A stretch of DNA of 64,000 nucleotides, taken from Williopsis jadinii (lineage: Eukaryota). The notes under the pieces were generated by a model. The model searched no databases, was not told the origin of the DNA, and was given only the letters and a program-made list of their open reading frames with translations. A program made the translations under genes and the position numbers. The stretch lies in NCBI GenBank assembly GCA_024346625.1, contig AP024664.1:3162001-3226000 (forward strand), in the 5' to 3' direction. Each line of letters opens with the position of its first letter. Within the stretch, counting starts at the first letter, position 1. Positions 11,701 to 20,903 of the stretch are shown here, piece after piece.

Positions 11701-11772
11701 AAAGGTGCCATTAAATCAAAAGCAGGTCCTCATAGTCCTCATGGTAGCATCCACAACACTCCAAAGAAGTGA
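8743..11772 (+). CDS. IST2: Anoctamin/TMEM16 ER-plasma membrane tether Ist2
   Basis: Anoctamin TM region (ALYFEFL, WENH, FLSSYVPLFITAF, EIRGD, RPIPQRVESIRPW), long S/T-rich disordered tail and basic C-terminal signal (KKGLLSKVK); first ATG at 8743. Confidence 0.9.
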   Translation: MTAITELNPDVVIHVRFPQQDGSATPEAEKNLSKLLSQLDKFGFHAQIRPDDFEQLLVFVKLSNDKLSQLLKDQSVKEYLYGLRNEFGDNDSNLSSNDRIPLVYGALVNPLDEGGAGITVNSGDWAFVTKIAPIWDVKESESLLKSVLKFSFTERDVERIREVAGSRVALYFEFLRNYYNWLVIASVGGVISSLLFKRFSIIFTFLNALWGIVFLSSWKKREDVLRIQWGLQGVDKIQVRRQEYVGVTNELDSAYSPNAGRTLKKLAFIPVAIVAAIILLSYQIACFFIEIFLTEIYQGPGKLVLGLVPTALIVGGVPIFTAIYEIFINKALTWENHEFQSTFEKSQLEKLYVYNFLSSYVPLFITAFFYLPFGHIVNSYLQSIGYYTSYWRIPIVNERYQINTQRLITQFSYFTLTAQVVSLLTENVVPIALKLVKQRINANKKFANLLDAPEEKKYLDNVREQLDRPSFDVNSEYRELATQFGYIVLFGPVWSLSPLASLFFNWIEIRGDVEKLLFESSRPIPQRVESIRPWNTHLRILTLIGSVVGPLVTTMYRNEDNVLQSSDYSYTKSVVSTSGWKLFAICLICENLFLGLSFAVDAILGSRDDRVEREHNESNVHLRRSYVEAYVKSDLSKNTTALSHRDDWEEFHNEKVLKQALELPSLLAGANKLKVKEKGLESENHTNIGEKSSGFQQHEKSDLRSTVASKSIPKTEVPVILIAEQTTPVTTANGTSQPSQVAVPISTKLNSSGNSNSTIPAVTNATISPSKENEETANSNNTDDSPTKRSSISSFSSSLAGATLPPDFEKRLSNSRLNVISPAQRERTPDLRKVDTPASKDSASSSTGSKQRESRENQSTTVPLETPLSQAAATLNDTIEATSANVASSAKSSNTEVAHKANNAVQTFSEKAQAVVAASSATVKQEIAKATTNVPSVAEPQHTVEPVTQNAENHKTLSPPKADFEDHGSLTSRSSSVRKKGLLSKVKGAIKSKAGPHSPHGSIHNTPKK

Positions 11773-11858
11773 ACATGTAACTTCATAAATGTCTCTCCTA
11801 CAATCTACAATATATATACATAGTTCACAATTATCTTCATTGATTGTATTTCATCGTT

Positions 11859-13736
11859 CTATGACTTGATGATATCAACCCTTGCCCTTTTCCAAATGTC
11901 ATGTAAATACATATTTTCTTCTCCGTCAACCTTTGTGAGTTCATCTAGGCTGGGCTTTTTAATTGTGATAGTTACAATCGAGCCAGAGCTGAATTTGACC
12001 AGTGAACCAGGATTAATAACCAGAACGTTTTTGACAATCTTTGCAAAGAATCGAAGGTCCGAAGGCATTATCAGAATATCTGGAATGATATCATTGAAAT
12101 CTGCCAGGCCAATGTAAGGGACATCGAGATTGGAACCAGGTTGAACTTCCTCGAAATCTTCACCGTTAATCTTGGACTTTTTGATCTTTGACACACCTGG
12201 AAACAGAGGATAGAATCTTCTTTGTTGGATAACATGGTTTGAGATCCTTTCAAATCTATTTTCCAGAGCGTAATCTCCTTTAGTGACATCTTTCAAGTCT
12301 TTGAAAATATCATTGTTGGACACTCCAATGTTGACTTCGTTGACTTGAAACATGGATGGGTTTGTGAAGCATTTGAAGTTCTTACCCAATTGCAACTGTT
12401 TCCGGTCAAATGAATTCTGTGGGTATGCTGCGTGGTTGATTGTGGCATCCTTGAGCGATGGAACCATGATGACTTGGATTAGTGGATTGATCTTCTTCAA
12501 GATTGGATTTACGATCAGTTTGAATACCTCATCCAATGTCTTTGGCTTGATTCTCTTTCCATCGACTTCAACGTCAATATCCAGACCTTTAGAAATACAT
12601 GGGTGAGTGATATCAACAAATGGACCAAGTAATATAACGACATGTGGCTTATATTCACTGTTAATCTTCCCCACCAAGTCTTCAAGTGGCTTGTAGTTCA
12701 TGTCAGTGATGGCTGTATAAGGTCCCCCAACAACCATCAGTTTAACGTCTTCGTACTGTTTCAGCTCGTCTGCTGGAGTGATAGGTGAGCCTAGGTAAGG
12801 AGGTTCAACAACTTCACTGATTTTGAACACCTCTCCACTCGGATTCTTACCTTTCAAGCAGACGATCTGGCCTGGGAAGAAGGCGAAATTCGAAAGTTCA
12901 GTGAGATCAAGGGGAATTCTTTTTCCTATACCACCAAGTCTTGAGCTTTCAAGGGCCAAACTGTGTTCGTTAAGAGCATCTGTATCCTTATACTGTGGGT
13001 TATCAGGAACAATTCTACCCACGGAGATGATTTCATTCTGCGAAATGAAAGACGGGTTGGTGAATTCAGAGTCTTGGAAGTTGTAATGGGCCTGGATGAG
13101 TTGGGCATAGGAGTCAATCTGGTCATCCAGCACATCAGCAGTCTCTAAGAGCTTTTGGCGCATGGTACGGAATGCGTACTTCTTTGGCTCAAAGTTGGCT
13201 GCGATCTTAACGGGGTTTGTCAAGTCGTCAAAGTACACGTCTGGAATATCCTTGTTCAGAGATTCAATGATCTGGTAGGAGCCGGTGGACTTTGTTGGTG
13301 TGACAGAAGACGGAGAGACAGTGTCAGTGACCTTTGAGGGTGTAATCCCTACATGTGTGTGCGTCGTCTTGTTAGAGGGTGACACAAGAGTACGCGAATC
13401 GAGCTTCTTCTTCTTGAGCAGTGGTGTTCCAAACGGCGACGACGAGTTATTGAAGTGCAAGATCTTTCTGGTCTTGGTCGTGCTTGGGGCGTTGTGCTCT
13501 CTTTTCCGCTCCAGTCTTTCCTGGATGTAACCCTGAAGACTACCAAGTGTCTCTGTGGTATATTCAAGCTTCTCACCGTCGTGCTTTGTAACAACATACG
13601 ACTCCCAGTTGATGTAGACGTCTTCAACTGGCATAGAGAAGACCTTGGCAATCTGCTCAACTGCCTGCAGAAGCTCAGGCTTATCAATTGAGGAGCCAAA
13701 CTTGGAAATAACCTCCTCTCTGAACGGAACTGTCAT
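11859..13736 (-). CDS. POL12: DNA polymerase alpha-primase B subunit
   Basis: FFPGQIV, GGPYT, ILLGPFVD, HAAYPQ and QRRFYPLFP motifs of Pol12. Confidence 0.95.
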   Translation of the reverse strand: MTVPFREEVISKFGSSIDKPELLQAVEQIAKVFSMPVEDVYINWESYVVTKHDGEKLEYTTETLGSLQGYIQERLERKREHNAPSTTKTRKILHFNNSSSPFGTPLLKKKKLDSRTLVSPSNKTTHTHVGITPSKVTDTVSPSSVTPTKSTGSYQIIESLNKDIPDVYFDDLTNPVKIAANFEPKKYAFRTMRQKLLETADVLDDQIDSYAQLIQAHYNFQDSEFTNPSFISQNEIISVGRIVPDNPQYKDTDALNEHSLALESSRLGGIGKRIPLDLTELSNFAFFPGQIVCLKGKNPSGEVFKISEVVEPPYLGSPITPADELKQYEDVKLMVVGGPYTAITDMNYKPLEDLVGKINSEYKPHVVILLGPFVDITHPCISKGLDIDVEVDGKRIKPKTLDEVFKLIVNPILKKINPLIQVIMVPSLKDATINHAAYPQNSFDRKQLQLGKNFKCFTNPSMFQVNEVNIGVSNNDIFKDLKDVTKGDYALENRFERISNHVIQQRRFYPLFPGVSKIKKSKINGEDFEEVQPGSNLDVPYIGLADFNDIIPDILIMPSDLRFFAKIVKNVLVINPGSLVKFSSGSIVTITIKKPSLDELTKVDGEENMYLHDIWKRARVDIIKS

Positions 13737-13800
13737 GGTCTTTTTGCACTGGGTTATGGATCAATTGGATGTCACAGTACGGTTATCTTCATCGCTCTTT

Positions 13801-13848
13801 ACGCGTTTGGAGGTTGAAGCTGTACGCGATACTTTTTCGCGTCGCGTC
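13801..13848. promoter_or_regulatory. MCB (MBF) cell-cycle elements upstream of POL12
   Basis: ACGCGT at 13801-13806 plus ACGCGA and TCGCGTCGCGT within 115 bp of the POL12 ATG. Confidence 0.7.
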
Positions 13849-14104
13849 GGTTTGTGGTATGGACACGTTTGTGTGTTTTGGTATGGGCACGTTTGTTTAC
13901 ATGTTCTATCTCTTGCTTTGGTTACCAAGGTTACCACTATCTCCTTGCATATATGTATAAACTACAACGGGTGGTTTCCTGTGGGAATTGGCAAAGGTTC
14001 TATTTAACGAAGAGCAACGTTCTAGAATTTATACGCACACAGCCTGGCTGGAGTTTTGGGTACTCTCAAAGTCGATTATAACCCAATTGGCGTGGGAGAA
14101 GGTC

Positions 14105-15898
14105 TCATGTCCTCGATCTTGTTAACTTCACATCTTCTTGTGAGATGAAATCTGCATCTTTCCCTTCAGGAGATGATACATCTGCACTCGACCGCGATGT
14201 GTCTAGGGGCTCATGAATTGGCTGTGTTGTAGCATCGTGCTTCGGCTCATAATCCGTCTTGTGCTCCACCTGAGCGTCACTAGGAAGCCTCTTTGGAGAG
14301 TAGAGCAAAGTCACCACGAACATCAACGAAGCGATGCCCGTACAGAAGTAGAAGACGTTTCTGATGGATTCCATCACTGCTTTGAGGATGATGGTTTGTG
14401 CATCGCTTGGAAGGGTTCTGATGACTCGAGGGGACGAAAGGATCAAGTCCACATCGCCCAAGTCGATATCACCAAAGATAGCCGGGTTATTCTTGATGGC
14501 AGCTGTTGCCTTGTTGTGTAGGGAAGAATTGTAAATCACTTGTGCCAATACGCTACCAAAGGCACCTCCCAAGGCTCTGCTAAAGTTTGTAAACGACGTT
14601 GTCATAATCATTCCACCCATAGACTTTGGTGCATTCACCTGGCTGCTTATGAGCGAGGCTTGCAAACCTGTTCCAACAGAGATTCCAGGGAGGATCATAT
14701 AGCCAATTGTTTGGCTCAGCGACGAGGTCTCAGTCAAAAGACTGGAAACTCCCAGTCCAACTGCACCAGTGACACCGGAAAGTATGGCAAATGGCATGAT
14801 ATAGCGTGTCTTTCTGACTAGTACCCCCGTGGAAATTGATGATAGAACAAGTGAAATCACCAATGGGAAGAAGTGTACTCCTGCCTTGATGGCATCGTAA
14901 CCACGGACGACTTGGAAGTAAGTGGTGAAATACAGACAGAAGGCCATGAATATGAGGAAGCACAGAAAGATATGGAAGCACGGAGCGTCAACGGACTTCT
15001 TGACGATTATGTCTGTTGGAATCACTTGTCTTTTGGACCATTTGAAGTTCCAAATGATAAATATTATCGATATCACTCCACCGAGAACAAAGAGAGTAAT
15101 GGTCCCCCCTGACGACCATGGAAGCTGTTGACCACCGACAGTAAGTGCCATCAGTATCAACACTATGCCTGCCATAAGCAGACCACTACCAATATAGTCA
15201 ATCTGCGAGAACTTCTCCTTCCAGGTGAACTTCGATGACGGTGGTTTAAAGAAAAGGATCAGTAGCACTAGAGCACACCCTCCGAGAGGCAAGTTGATGT
15301 AATAACACCATCTCCAGGTGACGTTATCGGTGAAGGCACCACCCATCACAGGGCCCACAATCGATGCGACGGAAAAGATCACACCCAAAATAGCAAACAT
15401 CAACGATCTTCGACTAATCGGCACCAGTTCAGACACAACGATGAAAACCAGTACTTGTATTCCACCACCACCAATGCCCGCAATGACCCTTCCAACTATC
15501 AAAGCATCCATCGAAGGAGCTACTCCACATATAAGTGAACCAAGCTCAAAGATGGAGATGGCGAGGAGGAGCGAAGGCTTCCTTCCAAAGTATATAGAGC
15601 ACTTCCCCCAGATCTGCACAAACATTGCCATGGTAAGCATGTAACCACTTGCTACCCACGTGGACTTTTGGTATTCACCCCACTTGTTTCCAATGGTTTC
15701 AATCGTCGTGAAGACGATAGTCTGGTCCACAGCTATGAGGAACAGAGCGATGGCACACGACAGAACAGACAACACCAGCTTCAGCCCATGTTCTTGCTGG
15801 TCAAATCTGTTGGTGCCATCACCAGCATCGTTCTCGACAAACTTGTTCTTATGCTGGGATTCCACGTCCCTGTTACTTTCGGCCTTGTCGGTCATCAT
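14105..15898 (-). CDS. MFS drug:H+ antiporter, 14-TM DHA2 family (Azr1/Sge1/Vba-like)
   Basis: DQTIV, GRVIAGIGGGG and WRWCYYINLPLGG motifs; about 14 hydrophobic segments. Confidence 0.9.
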   Translation of the reverse strand: MMTDKAESNRDVESQHKNKFVENDAGDGTNRFDQQEHGLKLVLSVLSCAIALFLIAVDQTIVFTTIETIGNKWGEYQKSTWVASGYMLTMAMFVQIWGKCSIYFGRKPSLLLAISIFELGSLICGVAPSMDALIVGRVIAGIGGGGIQVLVFIVVSELVPISRRSLMFAILGVIFSVASIVGPVMGGAFTDNVTWRWCYYINLPLGGCALVLLILFFKPPSSKFTWKEKFSQIDYIGSGLLMAGIVLILMALTVGGQQLPWSSGGTITLFVLGGVISIIFIIWNFKWSKRQVIPTDIIVKKSVDAPCFHIFLCFLIFMAFCLYFTTYFQVVRGYDAIKAGVHFFPLVISLVLSSISTGVLVRKTRYIMPFAILSGVTGAVGLGVSSLLTETSSLSQTIGYMILPGISVGTGLQASLISSQVNAPKSMGGMIMTTSFTNFSRALGGAFGSVLAQVIYNSSLHNKATAAIKNNPAIFGDIDLGDVDLILSSPRVIRTLPSDAQTIILKAVMESIRNVFYFCTGIASLMFVVTLLYSPKRLPSDAQVEHKTDYEPKHDATTQPIHEPLDTSRSSADVSSPEGKDADFISQEDVKLTRSRT

Positions 15899-16874
15899 TC
15901 GTGTACAGCTCTGTCACCGTCAAGTATCTTAAGCAGAGAAGAGCACTCAGTGTGTGTATTGATGCAAGACTCGTTGAGCTGCTGCTGTTGCTTCTGCTAT
16001 TACGCCTGTGTTCCGAGTTACTATGACAACAACTCCAACGACGTAGCGATCACTCATAAGCAAAGACTAACAGGATGGTAACAACCATGGAGGATGGCTC
16101 TCAAAGGTGTAAATATATACAATTCTCCATGGTTCTTCGCCATCCCAGGCCACCTCCAACGGGTATACACCTTGCTTAAATCCGCGTTCTCGGGCGTTGC
16201 TCCGCGTCCCAGGCCCGGCTAAGTCCGCCCGAGGCACGGGACAACCTCCACAATGTCCGCGTTGGCGCGATCTCTCGGGCATTTGTTTACTGTGCCAGTT
16301 GTTCATTGAACTGTTGTCTGTTGGCTGAGGTGGATTCCTTGTGGATGCCTAGTGGATTCCATGAGTAGAAGTGGCAGTACTTTGTGATGGAGAGTGAGAC
16401 CAGAAGTGGCAGGAGAGCACGGCGTGTGCTGAACTGTTTAAGGCTGAAGCGTGGGAGCGTACCTGGTTGTTGCACAGAGGAGAGTCAACTGATCATGTGT
16501 GACAGTAGAGCGACCTCCCTGCGCCTAGCATGTTGTGCTCTCAGGACTGGGTCATGACAGGAGTGCACTCTACGGTCTGTGAGATGCTTTGATGGTGCTT
16601 AAAGATTGTGAACAGGGCTGGCTGGACAAAGCGCCTGCTCATCTGTGGCCACGTCTCTGGTTCAAACACCTCCTTATATGACCACATGTCCAGTGGAGAC
16701 GTTCCTCGGAGTCACATTCTGACAACTTATTGGTCTTCGAATAACAGGCATGATACCATAACCATGACAGTTGGTCATGGAGACTTCTGATATCTCATCA
16801 ATATCTACGAGGTGAGACATACACGCTGCGTTCATCTGTGTGTGGAACGAGTTCCGCTTCAAATACAACAACAG

Positions 16875-16946
16875 TCCGTGATAGTTTAGTGGCTAGAATT
16901 ACCGCTTGTCGCGTGGTAGACCGGGGTTCAATTCCCCGTCGCGGAG
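16875..16946 (+). tRNA. tRNA-Asp (anticodon GTC), intronless
   Basis: TCCGTGATAGTTTAGTGG...CTTGTCGC...GGTTCAATTCCCCGTCGCGGAG nearly identical to yeast tRNA-Asp; acceptor stem pairs; followed by an oligo-T Pol III terminator. Confidence 0.97.
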
Positions 16947-16973
16947 TTTTCTTTTTTTTTCAACAGCGTGCTA

Positions 16974-16983
16974 GTCACGTGAC
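16974..16983. promoter_or_regulatory. Cbf1-type E-box GTCACGTGAC
   Basis: Perfect palindrome about 150 bp upstream of IMG2. Confidence 0.55.
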
Positions 16984-17134
16984 ATGCTAACACACACATC
17001 CGCACACCACCACCCTCACCATTTTTTTTTCTTTCGCAGGTGTTCATAAACTACAACGTTGTTAAGAGAAACCAGCGTGAACAAACCATCAGCATCACAG
17101 CAGGGAGCACTCTTCAATCCTTGAACAACCTACT

Positions 17135-17509
17135 ATGCTTAGAACAAGAGCTCTGATACGTCCGTTCGGCGTAGCAAGATCGCTGAGCACATCCTCGCAG
17201 TTCCCAAGCCTCAAGGACATCTCACATCAGGACATTGAATCCGTTGAGAAGCCGTTTGGCCATGGTTCGTACTTTCTCCCAAGAACTTCCAAGGGTAACC
17301 TGCCGGTCTACATCGACCTGAAGCAGAACGCATGCGTCACTGAGATCCGTAAGGTGCAAGGTGATATTGTTCTGCTTAGAAACGACCTGCAAGAGCTTAT
17401 GAACGATGTATCCAAGGACAAGTTCAAGGTTGTGATGGAGAGCAAGAAGATTCTCATCAAAGGTGACCACAAGAACCGCATTGTTTCTCTATTGAACGGG
17501 GTGTTTTGA
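17135..17509 (+). CDS. IMG2: Mitochondrial ribosomal protein mL49 (Img2)
   Basis: Presequence; YFLPRTSKGNLPVY, TEIRKVQGD and ILIKGD motifs; near RSA4/SSK2 as in S. cerevisiae. Confidence 0.9.
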   Translation: MLRTRALIRPFGVARSLSTSSQFPSLKDISHQDIESVEKPFGHGSYFLPRTSKGNLPVYIDLKQNACVTEIRKVQGDIVLLRNDLQELMNDVSKDKFKVVMESKKILIKGDHKNRIVSLLNGVF

Positions 17510-17595
17510 GGAGCGAAACACTCACACATATATATATATATTAGGCTTGTAAATAATTAATAGAGGAGATGTTGCCATTTCCATCCCGTCAGGGA

Positions 17596-19395
17596 TTAAA
17601 CCGTAGGAACTGGTGTTTGATCAGACAGCTTCTTTCTGGTTCTCTTTGGCTTCAACGGCTCCACTTTTGTCTCTCCTGCAACCTTCTCGTAGATGTGGAA
17701 CATCTCCTTCTCATGGATAAACTTTCTGATGGTTGCAACTATTGGTCTGACGGATCTTTGAGCCCACGAGTACCGTAACATTGCGATTGGATCGATACGA
17801 TGGATTGCAGATAAATCCAATCCAGCAAACCCAGTGGAGGAACCCACACGAGACCAGTTCCAGCCCTCCATGTAGGGAATCTTGTGGTTTGTGTTGTCCT
17901 TCGGACCAACATCGGTTATGATGTAGTCATAGTGTTCCCAGTCTTGTAGAGTAGGTGTCTCATTTCTATCGTATGTGAGCTCGAAGCCCAAGCCGTTGCC
18001 CGTGAGCTCGCAGAAATGCGTCACACCAGTCATACAAGCTGCGGGATCGATGTGAACAACGATGTCCTTGTTCATTCGCTCTCCCCTCATCGCCTTCATG
18101 ATGATGTGCTCGTGGAATCTAATCAAGGCATAACCTCCTGGGTAGTTGAAGGCAGAGACCTCGCCCCAGAACACGGATATGGCCATGGAAACCAAGGTCA
18201 GGAACAGAGTGCCGAGGACGAGGAGCTTGTAGAGGAACGATTTGGTCATTCTCGAAGTGATGTACGCAGCACCACTGGCACCAGCAAGGGTGAAGATTGG
18301 CACCGTGTAGACGACGAATCTACGCTCCTTATGAGGTTGCAATGATAGGAGAGTGATGTAACAGATACATGCCAAAGAGGCCATTTTGAAGAGGCTTTTG
18401 GTTGGATCAACAAAGTACCCCACAACGGCGAGGATCAACACATGTGGTGGCAGGAAGATCCCCGGCAAGTGTCTCGTGAAGTATGAGTGTACAGGTTCAA
18501 CCCCCCATTCTGAGGCCTTGCCCTCGACAACGTTGAAGTAGAAGCTCTCGAGCTCTGGAATGGTTGGTCTCTGCCAGAAGTAGGAGTCCACAGCACCACT
18601 CAGCACACAGCCTAGCGAAGCACCTTTAGCCACGGCAATGACCAAGTCCCTTTGAGAGATCTTGTTGTGGTAGACCAGGACCACTGAGAGCGCCACCACC
18701 AGGGCCAGCAGCTCGACACGAAACACCACGGCGGTAAATGCCAGCACGGAGAGCGTTCTGGCAGAGTTACCCTTGAAGAACTGGGCAAACGCGTAGTTTG
18801 TCAGGGGTAAGGCCAGGTAGTTTGGCAAGTAGCGGGATGAGTAGTACGGGATGTGGAACTGTGCAATCTGGAAGAGCATGAACCACAGGCCAAACGACCA
18901 TAGAGGCTTGTAGTCGTCGTCAGCACTGGCATCAGCATCAGCATCGGGAGCATCAGCAGCACCAGCACCGGACTTTCTGGCACCAGCCTTAGCTTCCTTC
19001 AGCATCTTCTTCCTGATCCTCGTGCCAACCCTCTGCGTGTGTGAAGCGTGCTTGATGGCTCCAAAGGCGCAGTTCTTCAAGTACACAATCAGCACAGCAT
19101 TCACCACCCCCAGCATTCCTCGGGAGATCAATTGCCCGTCCAGCTTCGAGAGCGACGGCGGAAGATAGTGTACTATCGGCGCAATGAGGCCTGACATGAA
19201 CAGAGCTCCTATAAAGGTCCTTGGAACCACCCCGGGGAACTGGAAGTGGTCGTACTTGTCCAGGTTGACCACGCCATAGTAGATGATGTCGTGCACTGCT
19301 TGCGTGTTGAACGACTCCTCCACCTTGGTGAAGGGCGAGATGAACAGGTACGCTGAGATGAACAGCAGCAGAAGCGAGTCGAACAGTAGCGACAT
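17596..19395 (-). CDS. ALG12: Dol-P-Man alpha-1,6-mannosyltransferase (GT22)
   Basis: PFTKVEESFN, YDHFQFPGVVPRTFIG, QPHKE and NYPGG motifs; likely start MSLLFDS at 19395, with the track extension upstream lying in the promoter. Confidence 0.93.
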   Translation of the reverse strand: MSLLFDSLLLLFISAYLFISPFTKVEESFNTQAVHDIIYYGVVNLDKYDHFQFPGVVPRTFIGALFMSGLIAPIVHYLPPSLSKLDGQLISRGMLGVVNAVLIVYLKNCAFGAIKHASHTQRVGTRIRKKMLKEAKAGARKSGAGAADAPDADADASADDDYKPLWSFGLWFMLFQIAQFHIPYYSSRYLPNYLALPLTNYAFAQFFKGNSARTLSVLAFTAVVFRVELLALVVALSVVLVYHNKISQRDLVIAVAKGASLGCVLSGAVDSYFWQRPTIPELESFYFNVVEGKASEWGVEPVHSYFTRHLPGIFLPPHVLILAVVGYFVDPTKSLFKMASLACICYITLLSLQPHKERRFVVYTVPIFTLAGASGAAYITSRMTKSFLYKLLVLGTLFLTLVSMAISVFWGEVSAFNYPGGYALIRFHEHIIMKAMRGERMNKDIVVHIDPAACMTGVTHFCELTGNGLGFELTYDRNETPTLQDWEHYDYIITDVGPKDNTNHKIPYMEGWNWSRVGSSTGFAGLDLSAIHRIDPIAMLRYSWAQRSVRPIVATIRKFIHEKEMFHIYEKVAGETKVEPLKPKRTRKKLSDQTPVPTV

Positions 19396-19603
19396 GGAGC
19401 GTTTGGTGACTTGGTGCTTTGGCGCTTTGCTCCTAGCAGGGTTTGATGTTGATGCGGTGTTCTTTAGGCTGGGGTTAGGCTCCGGACAGGGGATCCGTGG
19501 CGGTGGGCGAGCTTCCACGGGGGTGCCCCCGCCAGGCAGCACCGGGTTTCCCCCAGGCAGGTCCTCCGCGGAGCACCGAGCCCAGCACCTCATCGCCGCC
19601 ACG

Positions 19604-19693
19604 GGGACATAAGACACCGTCAAGACATAAACGACCAGGACATAAACGATCGGGACATAAACGATCAGGACATAAATCACCAGGACATAACAC
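19604..19693. repeat. 15-bp tandem repeat (about 6 copies, consensus GGACATAAACGATCA)
   Basis: GACATAA recurs every 15 bp immediately upstream of the ZNG1 ATG. Confidence 0.9.
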
Positions 19694-19700
19694 ACCCACA

Positions 19701-20903
19701 ATGGACAACGACGAAGTGCCCGAGCTCGTCACAGGCAGCGAGCCCGACATCGAGCAGAGACTCCAGCGGGCCAATTTCATCCAGCCAGAGCTCTCCAAGG
19801 AGCAGCTGGCGAAGTACGAGCAGACGGCGATGCTGAGAAAGACAGCGCCCCAGAGGAAGATCCCAGTGACGATCATCACGGGCTACCTGGGCTCAGGCAA
19901 GTCCACGCTGCTCAATCGCATCGCACGTGAGGGTAAGAGGAAATTTGCGGTGATTCTGAATGAGTTTGGCGACACCGGCGACATCGAGAGGGCGCTGACG
20001 GAGAGCTCGCTCACCGTCACGGACGGCCACAGCTCCTACACGGAGTGGTTGGACCTGGGCAACGGATGCCTGTGCTGTACTGTCCGTGACAGTGGGGTCC
20101 AGGCCATCGAGAACCTCATCGAGAGAAGCGGAGATGCCATCGACTACATTCTGCTGGAGACGTCTGGCATAGCAGACCCAGCACCCATAGCCAGCATGTT
20201 CTGGCTGGACGAAGCCTTGAACAGCAACGTCTACATCGACGGCGTGGTCACGGTGTTGGACAGTGGCAACCTTCAGCAGTGCCTGGGCGATGTGGGAGGC
20301 CACTGGCACCGGAAGCACGGCCACGGCGACGTTGTGGAGGAGGGCATCACCACATCCCACCTGCAAATAGCCCTGGCGGACGTGATCCTGCTGAACAAGA
20401 TGGACTCGTTCCGCGGGGACAAGGCCTCGCTGCTGGGGGCAGTGAGGGAGATCAACTCCAGTGCGCCCGTCTACGAGACCAAATACGGCGAGGTGGACCT
20501 CGCCAAGCTCCTGGAGCTCCATGCCTTCGACGGCAGCGCCAGGCTGGAGCTCCAGGACGAGGCCAGGGGCTCGTTCCACGACTCTCGCATCTCCACCATC
20601 ACGCTGGAGTTCCCCACGCTGACGGACGAGCAGTTCGACCGGTTCGGAGTGTTCCTCCAGAAGGTGCTGTGGGAGGGCGAGGTGCTGGGCCAGCCCGTAG
20701 AGGTTCACAGGGCCAAGGGAGTGTTTATCAAGACCAACGGCGAGGTGCTGGTGCTACAGGTGGTGCGCGAGCAGTACGAGTTCATCAGTATCGCAGCCAC
20801 GGAGCTGCCGCGGTGCAAGCTGGTGCTGATAGGCAAGAACCTGGTGAAGAAGGACTTTGATGAGGATTTCTGGCAGTATACAGGCGTGAAGGCCGTGGCC
20901 TAG
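19701..20903 (+). CDS. ZNG1: COG0523/CobW zinc-regulated GTPase metallochaperone (YNR029C-like), 400 aa
   Basis: N-terminal EVPELV motif (MetAP1-binding type), Walker [27 protein letters not shown] and LNKMD; adjacent to ALG12 as in S. cerevisiae. Confidence 0.92.
   Translation: MDNDEVPELVTGSEPDIEQRLQRANFIQPELSKEQLAKYEQTAMLRKTAPQRKIPVTIITGYLGSGKSTLLNRIAREGKRKFAVILNEFGDTGDIERALTESSLTVTDGHSSYTEWLDLGNGCLCCTVRDSGVQAIENLIERSGDAIDYILLETSGIADPAPIASMFWLDEALNSNVYIDGVVTVLDSGNLQQCLGDVGGHWHRKHGHGDVVEEGITTSHLQIALADVILLNKMDSFRGDKASLLGAVREINSSAPVYETKYGEVDLAKLLELHAFDGSARLELQDEARGSFHDSRISTITLEFPTLTDEQFDRFGVFLQKVLWEGEVLGQPVEVHRAKGVFIKTNGEVLVLQVVREQYEFISIAATELPRCKLVLIGKNLVKKDFDEDFWQYTGVKAVA

Noticed and set aside
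13855..13897. Two-copy 24-bp duplication TGGTATGG(A/G)CACGTTTGT
   Set aside because: Real, but only two copies; most likely a simple slippage duplication.
16290..16860. Possible LTR remnant upstream of tRNA-Asp
   Set aside because: No clear TG...CA boundaries, target-site duplication or second copy in the window.
16974..17100. Point centromere (CDEI-like GTCACGTG)
   Set aside because: No highly AT-rich CDEII or CDEIII follows; better explained as a Cbf1 promoter site.
19893..20860. 271-aa and 193-aa alternative ORFs within ZNG1
   Set aside because: Expected in very GC-rich coding DNA; low-complexity translations.
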